Shown piece after piece: positions 1 to 10,301 of a DNA stretch of 64,000 nucleotides; within the stretch, counting starts at the first letter, position 1, and every line of letters starts with the position of its first letter. The notes beneath the pieces are model-generated. The model saw only the letters and a program-made list of their open reading frames with translations. It was not told where the DNA came from and did not search any database. A program made the translations under genes and the position numbers. Source of the DNA: Anaerolineaceae bacterium (lineage in GTDB: Bacteria; Chloroflexota; Anaerolineae; Anaerolineales; Anaerolineaceae); assembly GCA_029265815.1 (NCBI GenBank), contig JAJUGU010000002.1, positions 210,061-274,060 on the forward strand, given 5' to 3'.

Positions 1-121
1 GAGATCCTGGAAAAGTTTTCAATGCAATCACCAAGCCCACGTGTGTACCGGATCGATTCCGGCAAGGTTCCCATTGATCGCATAAGCCGTCTAATTAAGA
101 TGGAAATTATCAATTTTAATA

Positions 122-1810
122 ATGCACATGAACGAACCAGTTGATTCTCAATTAACTTCTTCGCCCATAGATGTATCTTTGGGGACTGCTGGAAAGGAAA
201 TCGACCAGCCTCGCCGTAGTATTTTAAACCGCATACGAATGCTTTTTTCGGATTCTTCATTGACGAAAAAAGCATCTCTAAATGCCCTGGCAAGCGGACT
301 GGAATATGCCGCCAGGCTGCTGGTAGGTTTCTTCGTGACTCCGGTTCTTGTGGCGGGATTGGGAGATTATTATTACGGTGTGAACCAGGTTTTATCTCGT
401 CTGATGGGCTACCTTCAGCCGGCTAGCGGCAGACCCACCCAGGCTCTAAAAATGAAACTCGCAAACCAACAGCTGGTTGCCGTAGATGATGAAAAGAGAA
501 AATTCGTTGGCAGCACGCTGGTGATACTGGGATATTTCCTGCCACTGACCGTGATTGCCGGCAGTTTCATCACCTGGTTTGCACCAATCTGGCTCAAAGC
601 GACACCAGAATCTTACACCACGATACGGATGGCATCAGGTGTGTTAGTTTTGAACATGATTCTCTTCAATCTTGGTAATGTGCCCCGCTCCGCATTAGAA
701 GGAGAGAATCTGGGTTACAAGCGCATGGGAATTTCTGCCTTGCTGGTGCTGGTTGGTGGGGGGTTGATCTGGCTGTCAGTAACTCTGAAAACCGGTTTGG
801 TGGGTGTGACTGTGGCAGCAGTTATATCAACATTGATATCAGGGGTCTTTTATCTATTGGTTGTGCGAAACTATGCACCATGGTTTGGCATCAGATGGGC
901 TTCACGCCAGGATAATCGCGAATTTCTAATTTTAAGCATCTGGTTCATGCTTTGGAATTTGATTAACACTCTCATGACGGCCAGTGATGTGGTCGTTCTG
1001 GGTTTGTTCAACTCCGTGCAATCAGTAACTAATTACACGTTGACCAAATATGCGCCTGAGACCACGATCAGTATCATCGCTATAGCAGTTTTCTCGATTT
1101 TGCCGGGGTTGGGTGGAATTATTGGGTCTGGTGACATGCTGAAAGCCGCGAAAGTCAGAAGCGAAATTATGTCATTCACCTGGTGGATTCTGACTGTATT
1201 TGGAGCGACCATTCTGCTCTGGAATCAAAGCTTTTTAGGCTTGTGGGTGGGGGATGAGCATTTCCCGGGTGGATTCACCAACCTGCTCATTGTGCTAATG
1301 GTCTCTCAATTCGTCATCATACGCAATGATGCCAATGTGATCGACCTGACATTAAAACTGAAACAAAAAGTCATTCTGGGGTTGGTCTCAGTGACTCTTT
1401 CCATTGGATTGGCGATTTTATTTGTTTCAGGTTTGCAGATGGGCATCCCGGGTGTGATCGCCGGGATCATGAGCGGTAGGGCAATTTTGAGTGTGGCATA
1501 TCCGTTGATTGTTGGGAAATTGATCAAAATATCGGTCTTGCAACAGGTAAAGTCTGTCTTACGACCGATTGCGGTGACGCTAGTCCTCTTTTTTGGATTT
1601 TTATTAATTGGAGATAAGCTCGCAAACTCGAATTCTTACTTAACCTCATCGTGGGTAGGACTGATCATCTCTGTCGGTTTCACTTTTCTCTGCTTGATGG
1701 TGTTGACTTTTTATGCGGGTTTCACACAAAAACAGCGTTCATCGATTCGCCATAGATTGTCAGCAATTATTGCTTCAAAAACCACAAAGGTAGCGTCTAG
1801 CGTGAAATGA
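122..1810 (+). CDS. Polysaccharide flippase-like multi-pass membrane protein (MOP/Wzx type)
   Basis: The 562-aa ORF is almost entirely hydrophobic helices (about 12-14) with no soluble domain. It is the first gene of a glycan locus. Its stop overlaps the next start (ATGA at 1807-1810). The call rests on architecture and context, not alignment. Confidence 0.65.
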   Translation: MHMNEPVDSQLTSSPIDVSLGTAGKEIDQPRRSILNRIRMLFSDSSLTKKASLNALASGLEYAARLLVGFFVTPVLVAGLGDYYYGVNQVLSRLMGYLQPASGRPTQALKMKLANQQLVAVDDEKRKFVGSTLVILGYFLPLTVIAGSFITWFAPIWLKATPESYTTIRMASGVLVLNMILFNLGNVPRSALEGENLGYKRMGISALLVLVGGGLIWLSVTLKTGLVGVTVAAVISTLISGVFYLLVVRNYAPWFGIRWASRQDNREFLILSIWFMLWNLINTLMTASDVVVLGLFNSVQSVTNYTLTKYAPETTISIIAIAVFSILPGLGGIIGSGDMLKAAKVRSEIMSFTWWILTVFGATILLWNQSFLGLWVGDEHFPGGFTNLLIVLMVSQFVIIRNDANVIDLTLKLKQKVILGLVSVTLSIGLAILFVSGLQMGIPGVIAGIMSGRAILSVAYPLIVGKLIKISVLQQVKSVLRPIAVTLVLFFGFLLIGDKLANSNSYLTSSWVGLIISVGFTFLCLMVLTFYAGFTQKQRSSIRHRLSAIIASKTTKVASSVK

Positions 1811-2922
1811 GATCTATGTATAAAAAAAAGTTGAGCATTTTTCTACCAGGTTTATACGGAGGTGGTGCGGAAAGAATCTTATTGAACCTTGCAGAAGGTT
1901 TTACCGCGCGCGGAGTGCTTGTGGATATCGTGCTTGCTCAGAAAGAAGGAGAATTCACCCGGCAGATACCTCACAAAGTCCGGCTGGTCTCCTTGCGTGA
2001 AACGCAGCGCAGTTCTTTGCGCACAATTACAGCGCTACCAGCGCTGGTGAGATATCTGAAACATGAAAAACCAGACATACTGCTTTCTGCCTTGCACGGG
2101 AACTTGATCGCTGTTTGGGCGAAATTGCTGGCGAATACGAATACAAGGGTAGTTCTCACCGAACACAATACCTTCAGCCTGGAAAACAAAGCCATGTACC
2201 CAAGAATGCAGCGCTTGAATGCTCTCCTGGTTCGGTGGTTTTATCCTTTGAGCAGTGAACTCATTGCGGTTTCAAAAGGAGTTGCAGAAGACCTGTCTGA
2301 TTCGGTTGGAATTGATCGCAACAGGATCAAAGTGATCTATAACCCAATCATCAACGACACACTGTTCGTGAAAGCCAGACGGGTTCCCGATCATCCGTGG
2401 TTTCAAAATTCTCAATACCCTATCGTGATATCCGTTGGTAGGTTAACAGAACAAAAAGATTATCCAATGCTACTTGATGCTTTTCACATCGTATCTAAAC
2501 AGGCTGCCGCCAGGTTGATCATCCTGGGGGAAGGCGAGGATCGGAATAGTCTTGAAAGAAAGGTCAAAACTCTTGGCCTCCAAGATGTTGTGTTGCTGCC
2601 CGGATTTGTGGATAATCCGTACGCATATCTGGCACACAGTTCTGTTTTTGTCCTTTCTTCAAAATGGGAGGGATTGCCGACAGTCCTCGTGGAGGCAATG
2701 GCGTGCGGTCTGCCTGTTATTTCCATGGATTGTCCTAGCGGGCCGAGGGAAATTTTGCAAAATGGAAGATACGGACGCCTGATTCCTGTTGGTGACCTCG
2801 CTGCACTATCTTCGGCTATTCTTGATGGGGTTAATGGAAAGATTTCCAGTCCTCCTCAAGAGAGCTGGGCTAATTTTACGGTGAAACATACAGTCGAACA
2901 GTATCTTTCTTTATTATTTTGA
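1807..2922 (+). CDS. Glycosyltransferase, GT4 family (GT-B fold)
   Basis: 371 aa. It carries the C-terminal signature SSKWEGLPTVLVEAMACGLPVISMDCPSGPREIL (E-x7-E) and the N-terminal GGGAERILLNLAEGF. Confidence 0.85.
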   Translation: MRSMYKKKLSIFLPGLYGGGAERILLNLAEGFTARGVLVDIVLAQKEGEFTRQIPHKVRLVSLRETQRSSLRTITALPALVRYLKHEKPDILLSALHGNLIAVWAKLLANTNTRVVLTEHNTFSLENKAMYPRMQRLNALLVRWFYPLSSELIAVSKGVAEDLSDSVGIDRNRIKVIYNPIINDTLFVKARRVPDHPWFQNSQYPIVISVGRLTEQKDYPMLLDAFHIVSKQAAARLIILGEGEDRNSLERKVKTLGLQDVVLLPGFVDNPYAYLAHSSVFVLSSKWEGLPTVLVEAMACGLPVISMDCPSGPREILQNGRYGRLIPVGDLAALSSAILDGVNGKISSPPQESWANFTVKHTVEQYLSLLF

Positions 2923-2925
2923 TCA

Positions 2926-4173
2926 ATGAAAAAAATTTCGTTTGTCTTGATGCTCTTGTTTCTTCTGACCATCCCCATTGAGGATAGCCTCGCAATTTCC
3001 TCTGAATTATCGATTAACCGTTTGATCGGAATGGTTGCGATTGGTGCATGGGGAATTTTGGTTCTAGCCAGACAGAAAATTCGCCGCGTTCATCCTTTCT
3101 TACTTTGTACATTGTTATTCATCGTATGGAATCTGTTTAGTATTTTTTGGACGATTGACCATGATTTGACCATTACCAGAATTAAAACTTATATTCAATT
3201 AGGGATCATGTGTTTCATGATATGGGACCTGGTTGACAGTAAAAAAAGATTGCGCATAGCGATTCAGACTTACATACTGGGTGCATATATATCGGTATTT
3301 GGTACGATCATCAATTTTATTAAAGGTGAAGAAGCCTATCGTTATTCAGGAGGGCGGTTTGTGGCTACAGGGTTCAATGCCAATGACCTCGCAGTTATCC
3401 TGGCGCTGGGGCTCCCACTCGCCTGGTATCTCGTCATTTCGACCATTGAGAACTCTGGAAAAAGATGGGTTGCTGTAATCAATTTGCTTTATATTCCTGT
3501 AGCATTTTTTGCAATTTTCCTCACCGGTTCTCGCGGTGGTTTTATTACGGCAATGCTCAGCCTGTGCTACATTCTGCCAACGGTGGGCCGTATGGGAAGG
3601 AAGGTGAAAATTCCGTTTAGCCTATTGATCATTGTTCTGATGATTTCAGCTTTGATGATAATTCCTGACAGCACCATGCAACGGATTATGAGCACATTTT
3701 ACTCAGGTGAGACGGATTACCTCGGCGGTAGACTTCAGATCTTCGCCGATGCAGCAGGAATTATTGATCAACATCCATTACTGGGTATTGGGAGCGGCGC
3801 ATTCAAGTCGGCAACCAGGTTCGGCACAATTGCGCATAACACATTTCTTTCGATACTCTCTGAAACTGGGATTGTTGGATTTCTCCTCTTTTGCTTTGTC
3901 CTGATCACCGCCGGTTTAGAGGCAATCAGGCATCCCAGGTACGAAGCACTTTTCTGGATAACCTTAATGGGGATGTGGGCAATCGGGGGATCATCTGTTT
4001 CATGGGATTATCAAAAGCCAACATGGTTGTTGTTAACACTGATTGTTATTAGTGGTGAATTGATATTTATTACTTCCCCTAAACAGCAGGTGACCTTCGT
4101 GAATAAAATTATCCGCATCGAACTTGTCAATCAAGGAAGCTTAGGTTCTCCTGATGTACCAATAAGAACTTAA
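2926..4173 (+). CDS. Wzy_C-domain membrane protein (O-antigen polymerase / ligase / O-oligosaccharyltransferase family)
   Basis: 415 aa with about 10 TM helices. The motifs LTGSRGGFITAML and AHNTFLSILSETGIVGFLLF are typical of the Wzy_C domain. Confidence 0.8.
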   Translation: MKKISFVLMLLFLLTIPIEDSLAISSELSINRLIGMVAIGAWGILVLARQKIRRVHPFLLCTLLFIVWNLFSIFWTIDHDLTITRIKTYIQLGIMCFMIWDLVDSKKRLRIAIQTYILGAYISVFGTIINFIKGEEAYRYSGGRFVATGFNANDLAVILALGLPLAWYLVISTIENSGKRWVAVINLLYIPVAFFAIFLTGSRGGFITAMLSLCYILPTVGRMGRKVKIPFSLLIIVLMISALMIIPDSTMQRIMSTFYSGETDYLGGRLQIFADAAGIIDQHPLLGIGSGAFKSATRFGTIAHNTFLSILSETGIVGFLLFCFVLITAGLEAIRHPRYEALFWITLMGMWAIGGSSVSWDYQKPTWLLLTLIVISGELIFITSPKQQVTFVNKIIRIELVNQGSLGSPDVPIRT

Positions 4174-4207
4174 TTGTGGTGTTGATCCAAAACGAGAGAT
4201 TTCTAAT

Positions 4208-5329
4208 ATGGATTTAAATCAGCAACGATCCATGAAAGTGATGATGGTGGGACCAGGCAGCGGGATTATTGGAGGGATTACCACTCTGGTGGATACGATT
4301 CTTCCGCACGTGAATTCTCGTGTTCAATTATATTATTTTCCCACTGTCTCGAACCGCCCTTCGAAAAAGTCTGGTAAATTTTCCTTCAAGAATCTGATGA
4401 TTGCCATTGAGCAAATTTCAAGATTCTTGCGATCAATTAAGAAATTTCGTCCTCACCTTCTACATATTCACACGTCGCAAGGGATTGCCTGGCTAAAAGA
4501 TACGGCATATATCTGGGTCGGAAAAATGATGAAGAGTAAGGTGGTCGTTCATATCCATGCTGCAGACTTTACTGAGCTTTACACCAATCATTCAAAACCA
4601 GTACAGGCATACACTCGTTATATGTTGAATAAGGCGGATGCAGTGATCGCTGTTTCAGATAAATGGAGGGAAAAATTATCATCTATTGTCACTAAAGCAA
4701 AGATACACACCTTCATGAATTGCATCCAGATCCCTGATGAGACCACTGTTCATCCATCTGACCGAACGCTTTCATACGGGCTTTTTCTGGGGAGCATTGG
4801 TCCGCGTAAGGGTGCATTTGACCTGATCGATGCTGCCGGCCGCATAGGCCAAAATGGGAATGGATTCCATATCTGGCTGGCTGGATATGAGGAGCGCCAG
4901 GGTGACCTGGAAATTGCCCATCAGAAACTGGAGGAGCACTCATTAAAAGATCGCTGTGAGCTGGTGGGGGTTGTGACCGGGTCTAAAAAACATGATTACC
5001 TGCAACAAATGGATTTCTTTGTTCTACCTTCATATAATGAAGGGCTGCCAATGGCAATTCTGGAAGGAATGGCTCAAGGGCGTGCGATCATCTCTACACC
5101 AGTGGGGGGAATTCCCGAGGTGGTGATCGACGGATATAACGGGTATCTTGTGGAGCCGGGCGATGTTCAGACTCTGGCTGAAAAGATCAACACTCTTGTT
5201 AACCACCCTGATCTATGCAATCAGATGGGCTTAAATAGCCTTGAAATTGCTAAACAAAAGTTGTCTGTTCAAACTTACGTTAACTGCCTGATGAACGTCT
5301 ATGAGGGCTTGATCATCGAATGCACGTGA
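4208..5329 (+). CDS. Glycosyltransferase, GT4 family
   Basis: 373 aa with the signature PSYNEGLPMAILEGMAQGRAIISTPVGGIPEVV. An alternative start is at MKVMMVG (4232). Confidence 0.85.
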   Translation: MDLNQQRSMKVMMVGPGSGIIGGITTLVDTILPHVNSRVQLYYFPTVSNRPSKKSGKFSFKNLMIAIEQISRFLRSIKKFRPHLLHIHTSQGIAWLKDTAYIWVGKMMKSKVVVHIHAADFTELYTNHSKPVQAYTRYMLNKADAVIAVSDKWREKLSSIVTKAKIHTFMNCIQIPDETTVHPSDRTLSYGLFLGSIGPRKGAFDLIDAAGRIGQNGNGFHIWLAGYEERQGDLEIAHQKLEEHSLKDRCELVGVVTGSKKHDYLQQMDFFVLPSYNEGLPMAILEGMAQGRAIISTPVGGIPEVVIDGYNGYLVEPGDVQTLAEKINTLVNHPDLCNQMGLNSLEIAKQKLSVQTYVNCLMNVYEGLIIECT

Positions 5330-5420
5330 GTTCAATCTGCTTCATCCTGGAATCTGACATGTATGGTTTGCACGTAATCAAGTAGGCTGGCCTACGTTCC
5401 GCTCAGAAAGGTAAGTAATA

Positions 5421-6434
5421 ATGAACCGGCAAAATCCCACGCTTGGAAACATGAAAGTCCTGGTCACTGGCGGGGCAGGTTTTATTGGAAGCTCGCTGGT
5501 GAAGAAACTGGTGAATGACGGCACAGATGTGGAGGTTATTGACAATCTCTGGCGAGGGAGTTTGAAAAACCTTCAATCGACTGATGGTAAATTAGTATTG
5601 AAATCTGAGTCAAAATTTCACCTGGCGGATTTAACTGATGCAGCCAAATGTCTGGAAATTATTCGCGGTTTTGACCTTGTTTATCACCTGGCAGATATCG
5701 TGTGCGGCGTTCAATTCGCGTTTGACAACGAATTATTTATCTTTCGGCAAAACATTTTAATTAATACCAATGTTCTTGCAGCCTGCATTCTTAACAAAAT
5801 CCCGAATTATGTTTATGTAGGTACTGCTTGCAGTTTTCCAAAGTATTTACAAATGGCCGATGGGATTGCAGCACTGAGAGAGGATCAAACTTACCCGGCT
5901 GAACCGGAATCTTCCTATGGCTGGAGCAAGCTGATGGGAGAATACGAGGCGCTGCTCGCAGCGAAATCAAACTCAATCAATGTGGGTGTATTGCGGTTTC
6001 ATAATGTTTATGGCCCAGGCGTGTCAATCGAACAAACACGCGCGCAGGTGATTCCATCATTGATCATGAAGGCGATTCGATTCCCTGCAGAGCCGTTTAT
6101 TGTTTGGGGAAGTGGAAATCAGTATCGCGATTTTGTGTACATTGACGATATTGTGGAAGCTCTGATCCTCGTTGTCAACCATGGCATGAATCAGGGTGTG
6201 ATACAGGTTGGATCTGAAAAGCCCACATCCGTTCGTGATCTCGCGGAAAAAATCATTGAGATCAGCGGAAAACCGATTACTGCCGTTTACGATGCCACCA
6301 AACCGGAAGGTGATCGCGGCCGCGTGGCCATTTGTGACAGAGCACGCCAAATACTGGGTTGGAAAGCAACTACAGATCTTGAAACCGGTCTGAAGGCGAC
6401 CTATGATTGGATTTTTAAACAATCGAGTCATTAA
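5421..6434 (+). CDS. NAD-dependent NDP-sugar epimerase/dehydratase (extended SDR)
   Basis: 337 aa with the Rossmann motif GGAGFIGSSLV and the catalytic YGWSK (YxxxK). Confidence 0.85.
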   Translation: MNRQNPTLGNMKVLVTGGAGFIGSSLVKKLVNDGTDVEVIDNLWRGSLKNLQSTDGKLVLKSESKFHLADLTDAAKCLEIIRGFDLVYHLADIVCGVQFAFDNELFIFRQNILINTNVLAACILNKIPNYVYVGTACSFPKYLQMADGIAALREDQTYPAEPESSYGWSKLMGEYEALLAAKSNSINVGVLRFHNVYGPGVSIEQTRAQVIPSLIMKAIRFPAEPFIVWGSGNQYRDFVYIDDIVEALILVVNHGMNQGVIQVGSEKPTSVRDLAEKIIEISGKPITAVYDATKPEGDRGRVAICDRARQILGWKATTDLETGLKATYDWIFKQSSH

Positions 6435-6467
6435 TTTACCGATATCTCAGATCTTTCTGGAGAATTC

Positions 6468-7757
6468 ATGAAACTGCATGTGTTGATTCTGACGCATCAT
6501 TTCTACCCTGAATTTGGCGGAGGGGCAACCATGCAATATGAGCTGGCGAAGCATCTGGCGGCTTCTGGTCATCAGGTGACGGTGATCACTCCGATCCCAT
6601 ATCATCACATGATATCAGTGGATATACCTGAGCCCAGTCGAGATGAAAATCTCGATGGGTTTCATGTGATCCGCGTCAAATCGCATGGAACAATAAAAGG
6701 ATCTCTGATCGCACGAGCTATTTGCGAAGTTCTGACGGATATCGATATTTTGTTCAGAGGAATAAAGGTAAAACCCGTTGATATTCTTTACATCATGCCC
6801 CCACCCATTACTTTGCCATTTCTTGCAGCACTCATAAAATGGGTTCGAAAATCGAAAATGATTTTATTCCTTCAAGACACATTTCCAGAATTCCTGATTT
6901 CTATGAATTTGTTGTCTCGTAAGAATATCTGTTTCAAAATTGCGCGTATGATCGAAAAAATGGCTTATTGGAATGTAGATTACCTGGGAGTGCATTCTCC
7001 AAAAAACAAGGCATACATCATCAGCCGCGGTGTCAGCGAGGGCAAGGTGCACGTAATTCCTCTTTGGGCAGACACCGATTTCTTAAACGTGAAACAGCGA
7101 CCTGCTCAATTTTTAAACACATACCAACTGGATCATAAATTTGTCGTGATGTATGCCGGCACCATTGGATTTGCCATTGGCGCAAAAACGCTCCCCCAGG
7201 CTGCAAAAATACTGGAAGGGGAAAAGGATATCCAATTCATCGTGATTGGAGGGGGGAACAAGAAGAACGAGATGCAGGAGGAAATGGACCGGTTAGGCAC
7301 CACGAATATCATGTTGTTTTCGCCTATACCGAGGGAGGAATTGCCCGGGGCATTGGCGTCAAGTGATATTCTGCTGGTGATGTTGAGAAAAGAACAAAGC
7401 AATAATCCCAATGGATATTTTAAGGCGGTCATTCCACACAAAATGCTCTCGGATATGGCAAGTGGCAGATCTATTTTGCTTTCAGCTGAAATGGACTCAA
7501 ATGCTGCGGACCTGGTGCGGATTGCCAATTGTGGGTTAACAGTCCCACCTGAAGATCCAGCGGCTCTGGCTGAAGCGATTCTAAAAATGAAACAGGATGA
7601 AAAACAACGAGCGTTGTGGGCGAAGAATGGATATGAGTTTGCACGGAGACATTTCAGCTCATCGCGGCAGGTGCTGAAAATGGAGGAGATGTTCATCAGT
7701 GTTGTGGCTGGTTTACCATACCAGTTCAATGATCCCTGGCACCCTGAATCTAATTAA
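6468..7757 (+). CDS. Glycosyltransferase, GT4 family (WbuB/WcaI-like)
   Basis: 429 aa. The N-terminus HHFYPEFGGGATMQYELAKHLAASGHQVTVIT resembles WbuB/WcaI-type GT-B enzymes. Confidence 0.75.
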   Translation: MKLHVLILTHHFYPEFGGGATMQYELAKHLAASGHQVTVITPIPYHHMISVDIPEPSRDENLDGFHVIRVKSHGTIKGSLIARAICEVLTDIDILFRGIKVKPVDILYIMPPPITLPFLAALIKWVRKSKMILFLQDTFPEFLISMNLLSRKNICFKIARMIEKMAYWNVDYLGVHSPKNKAYIISRGVSEGKVHVIPLWADTDFLNVKQRPAQFLNTYQLDHKFVVMYAGTIGFAIGAKTLPQAAKILEGEKDIQFIVIGGGNKKNEMQEEMDRLGTTNIMLFSPIPREELPGALASSDILLVMLRKEQSNNPNGYFKAVIPHKMLSDMASGRSILLSAEMDSNAADLVRIANCGLTVPPEDPAALAEAILKMKQDEKQRALWAKNGYEFARRHFSSSRQVLKMEEMFISVVAGLPYQFNDPWHPESN

Positions 7758-7836
7758 TCACCGTTAGGGTTTTTTTACAAGAAAATTGAATGCTTTACTC
7801 ATATTTATCGGTAGCGATTTGTAAGAGGTATAAACC

Positions 7837-9012
7837 ATGATTCCCCGTTATGAACCGACCTATTCTTTTTCTGACCTCCATAGAAGTCTGTCTCGAAGTT
7901 TACGAGAAGATCGAACCAACAAGCTTGAGGCACTTGCTCGAGAATATTTTAAAGTGCAGCATGCATTCTTGATGAGAAGCGGGAAAACCTGTTTATATGC
8001 CATTTTGAAAGCGTGGAATCGCCCGGGGAAAGTGTTGATGCCAGCGTACAATTGTGCGGACGTTCCTGAAGCAGCAGTTTTCGCAGGTTATTCCCCGCAA
8101 TTTCTCGACGCAGATCCATCCACTCTAAATGTATCCATTGAGAGTTTCGAAAAAGCCATTACAGAAGGGGTTACCGCCATTATTGTTATTAGTCTGTTTG
8201 GAGTACCTTACGACTTACGTGAGTTACGAGAAGTAACTGCGAAAAAAGGGATCCTGCTGATTGAAGACGCAGCCTCAGCCATGGGTTCACGAGTCGATGG
8301 ACAACTGACAGGAACTTTGGGTGATGTTGGAGTTGTCAGTTTTCAAGATACCAAGCCGCTTTCTGCAAAAACTGGCGGGTTAATTCTTACCAATGATGAT
8401 CAAATTGGAATAAACATCGACCTCGTATTAAAGGATGTAAAAACTCAGCATAGGATCTGGCAAATTTATTTCGCATCACTTTTTCGAAAATTAGCTACCC
8501 GACACTGGATATACCCCTTCTCACTGGCTGCTTACAAACTGTTGATTGGAGAAAGATTTTATGAAATCGTGGAGGCTCCAGAAAAACCTGAAACGGAATA
8601 CTTTCGTAAATGTTCACCTTTCAGCGTGGAGTTGATCCTGAGTCAATGGGACACATTTGATAAAAATATTCATCGACGACAAAAAATTGCCAGCAGATAC
8701 TCGGAAATGCTCGAAGGCCATTCAGCCTTTGAAATTCCATTTGTTCCATCAGGGATTGAACCGGCATGGATTCAATTTCCGCTGCTGGTCAGAAACAAGC
8801 AACATTTCTATCGGTATATGCAGCGGCATGGCATAGATGTCACCTGGACATATCGTTACAATTGTGCTGAAGAATTTGGCCAACGAAATTGCCCAATTTC
8901 CGAGAGGATCGCCAGATCGATCGTAAGTTTACCCTGCTATCCAGATTTGAAAGATTATGAGGTTCAAAAGGTATGCCAGATTGCTTCAGAATATACTGAT
9001 CCTCTTGGATAA
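7837..9012 (+). CDS. DegT/DnrJ/EryC1-like PLP-dependent enzyme, divergent (paralogue 1)
   Basis: 391 aa. It is collinear by eye with fold-type I sugar aminotransferases: RSGKTCLYAIL, LIEDAASAMGS, and GDVGVVSFQDTKPLSAKTGG with Lys at the PLP position. The usual GEGG box reads KTGG. Confidence 0.7.
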   Translation: MIPRYEPTYSFSDLHRSLSRSLREDRTNKLEALAREYFKVQHAFLMRSGKTCLYAILKAWNRPGKVLMPAYNCADVPEAAVFAGYSPQFLDADPSTLNVSIESFEKAITEGVTAIIVISLFGVPYDLRELREVTAKKGILLIEDAASAMGSRVDGQLTGTLGDVGVVSFQDTKPLSAKTGGLILTNDDQIGINIDLVLKDVKTQHRIWQIYFASLFRKLATRHWIYPFSLAAYKLLIGERFYEIVEAPEKPETEYFRKCSPFSVELILSQWDTFDKNIHRRQKIASRYSEMLEGHSAFEIPFVPSGIEPAWIQFPLLVRNKQHFYRYMQRHGIDVTWTYRYNCAEEFGQRNCPISERIARSIVSLPCYPDLKDYEVQKVCQIASEYTDPLG

Positions 9013-9113
9013 GGATATTCCTTTATGAAAATTTGAATTATCTTGAATAACAGATATTTCTAGCTCTCAAAATGACCATGTTAAAAAGTAGTTCTTCATG
9101 ACAGGGTGTTTTC

Positions 9114-10292
9114 ATGATGATTCCTCGATACGAACCTACTTATTCATTTGCAGAAATCCACCGCAGTTTCTTTCAGGCATTACGGAATAACCGGACAGGT
9201 GTGCTTGAAGCTTACTTGAAAGACTATTTCCGGGTTAAGCATGTTTTTCTCATGAAAAGTGGAAGATCTTCGCTATTCGTAATATTGAAAGCACTCAACC
9301 GGCCTGGAAAAGTATTAATGCCAGCATACAACTGCAGAAATGTTCCAGAATCTGCCTGGTTTGCAGGGTATTCACCCTTGCTGCTGGATCCAGATCTGGA
9401 CACTTTGAATGTGCAACCGGAGAAATATCTTGACCGAATGTCAGAAAATGTCAGTGCCATCTTTGCTATCAGCCTGTTTGGTATTCCTTACGATGTGCGA
9501 CCTCTTGTGGATGCTGCACGTAATAAAGGAATTCTTCTGGTGGAGGATGCTGCTACTGCATTAGGAAGCCGAGTGGGCGGACGCATCACAGGCACGATTG
9601 GTGATGTTGGGGTGATCAGTTTTCAAGATACAAAACTGCTTTCTGCTAATACTGGAGGTGTAATCATTACCAATAACGACCAGATCGCACAGAAAATATC
9701 AACATTTCTTGAGAATGTGCCTATGGAGGATGAGATCTGGCGAAATTACCTTTCCACTATGTTTCATAAATCAGCCACCAGACATTGGATCTATCCCATT
9801 ACACAACTTACTCACCGGATAATGAATGGTGAGGCGATGTACGAAATAGTTCCCCCTCCAACAGCAACAGCACCTGGTTACCTGGCCAGGTGCTCGGCAT
9901 TCAGCGTGGAACTTATCATGAATCAATGGCAAAACCTTGACTGGAATATTCGTAGAAGGCGCTGGATTGCTGGTCGATATACACAGGCGCTTTCCGGTCG
10001 AGATACTTTTCGAATTCCAGTAATCTCTGAAGAAATTGAACCAGTATGGATTCAGTATCCCTTACTAACAAAAAGAAAGTTCGAGTTTTTCAAGTATATG
10101 CAGAGCCGAGGCGTAGATCTCACCTGGTCGCACCGATACTCCTGTGCTGAAGAATTCCATCAAGCTGATTGTCCGAACGCTGAAATCATTGCCAGGTCAA
10201 TTTTGAGTTTACCCTGCCACCCTGGGTTAACAGATGCAGAGGTAGACAAGGTTTGCCAGATCATTGCTGACTATGCTGATAGGCGTGGATAG
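9114..10292 (+). CDS. DegT/DnrJ/EryC1-like PLP-dependent enzyme, divergent (paralogue 2)
   Basis: 392 aa and a tandem paralogue of 7837-9012. The two are the same length and collinear, with more than half of residues identical by eye (MIPRYEPTYSF, VLMPAYNC, GDVGVISFQDTKLLSANTGG, SLPCHPGL, KVCQI). Confidence 0.7.
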   Translation: MMIPRYEPTYSFAEIHRSFFQALRNNRTGVLEAYLKDYFRVKHVFLMKSGRSSLFVILKALNRPGKVLMPAYNCRNVPESAWFAGYSPLLLDPDLDTLNVQPEKYLDRMSENVSAIFAISLFGIPYDVRPLVDAARNKGILLVEDAATALGSRVGGRITGTIGDVGVISFQDTKLLSANTGGVIITNNDQIAQKISTFLENVPMEDEIWRNYLSTMFHKSATRHWIYPITQLTHRIMNGEAMYEIVPPPTATAPGYLARCSAFSVELIMNQWQNLDWNIRRRRWIAGRYTQALSGRDTFRIPVISEEIEPVWIQYPLLTKRKFEFFKYMQSRGVDLTWSHRYSCAEEFHQADCPNAEIIARSILSLPCHPGLTDAEVDKVCQIIADYADRRG

Positions 10293-10301
10293 GAGTCATC
10301 C

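Noticed and set aside
1-144. A frame open from the window edge to a TGA at 142-144 (EILEKFSMQSPSPRVYRIDSGKVPIDRISRLIKMEIINFNNAHERTS*).
   Set aside because: It is probably the 3' end of an upstream gene, but 47 residues carry no recognisable motif. I cannot support a call.
7133-7729. A 198-aa ORF antisense to the GT4 gene. Similar antisense ORFs lie at 6057-6431, 28831-29289, 48920-49399, 12628-13017 and 17098-17481.
   Set aside because: Each lies fully inside, or largely overlaps, a confidently assigned sense gene. Their composition is low-complexity or odd, and none has a start context.
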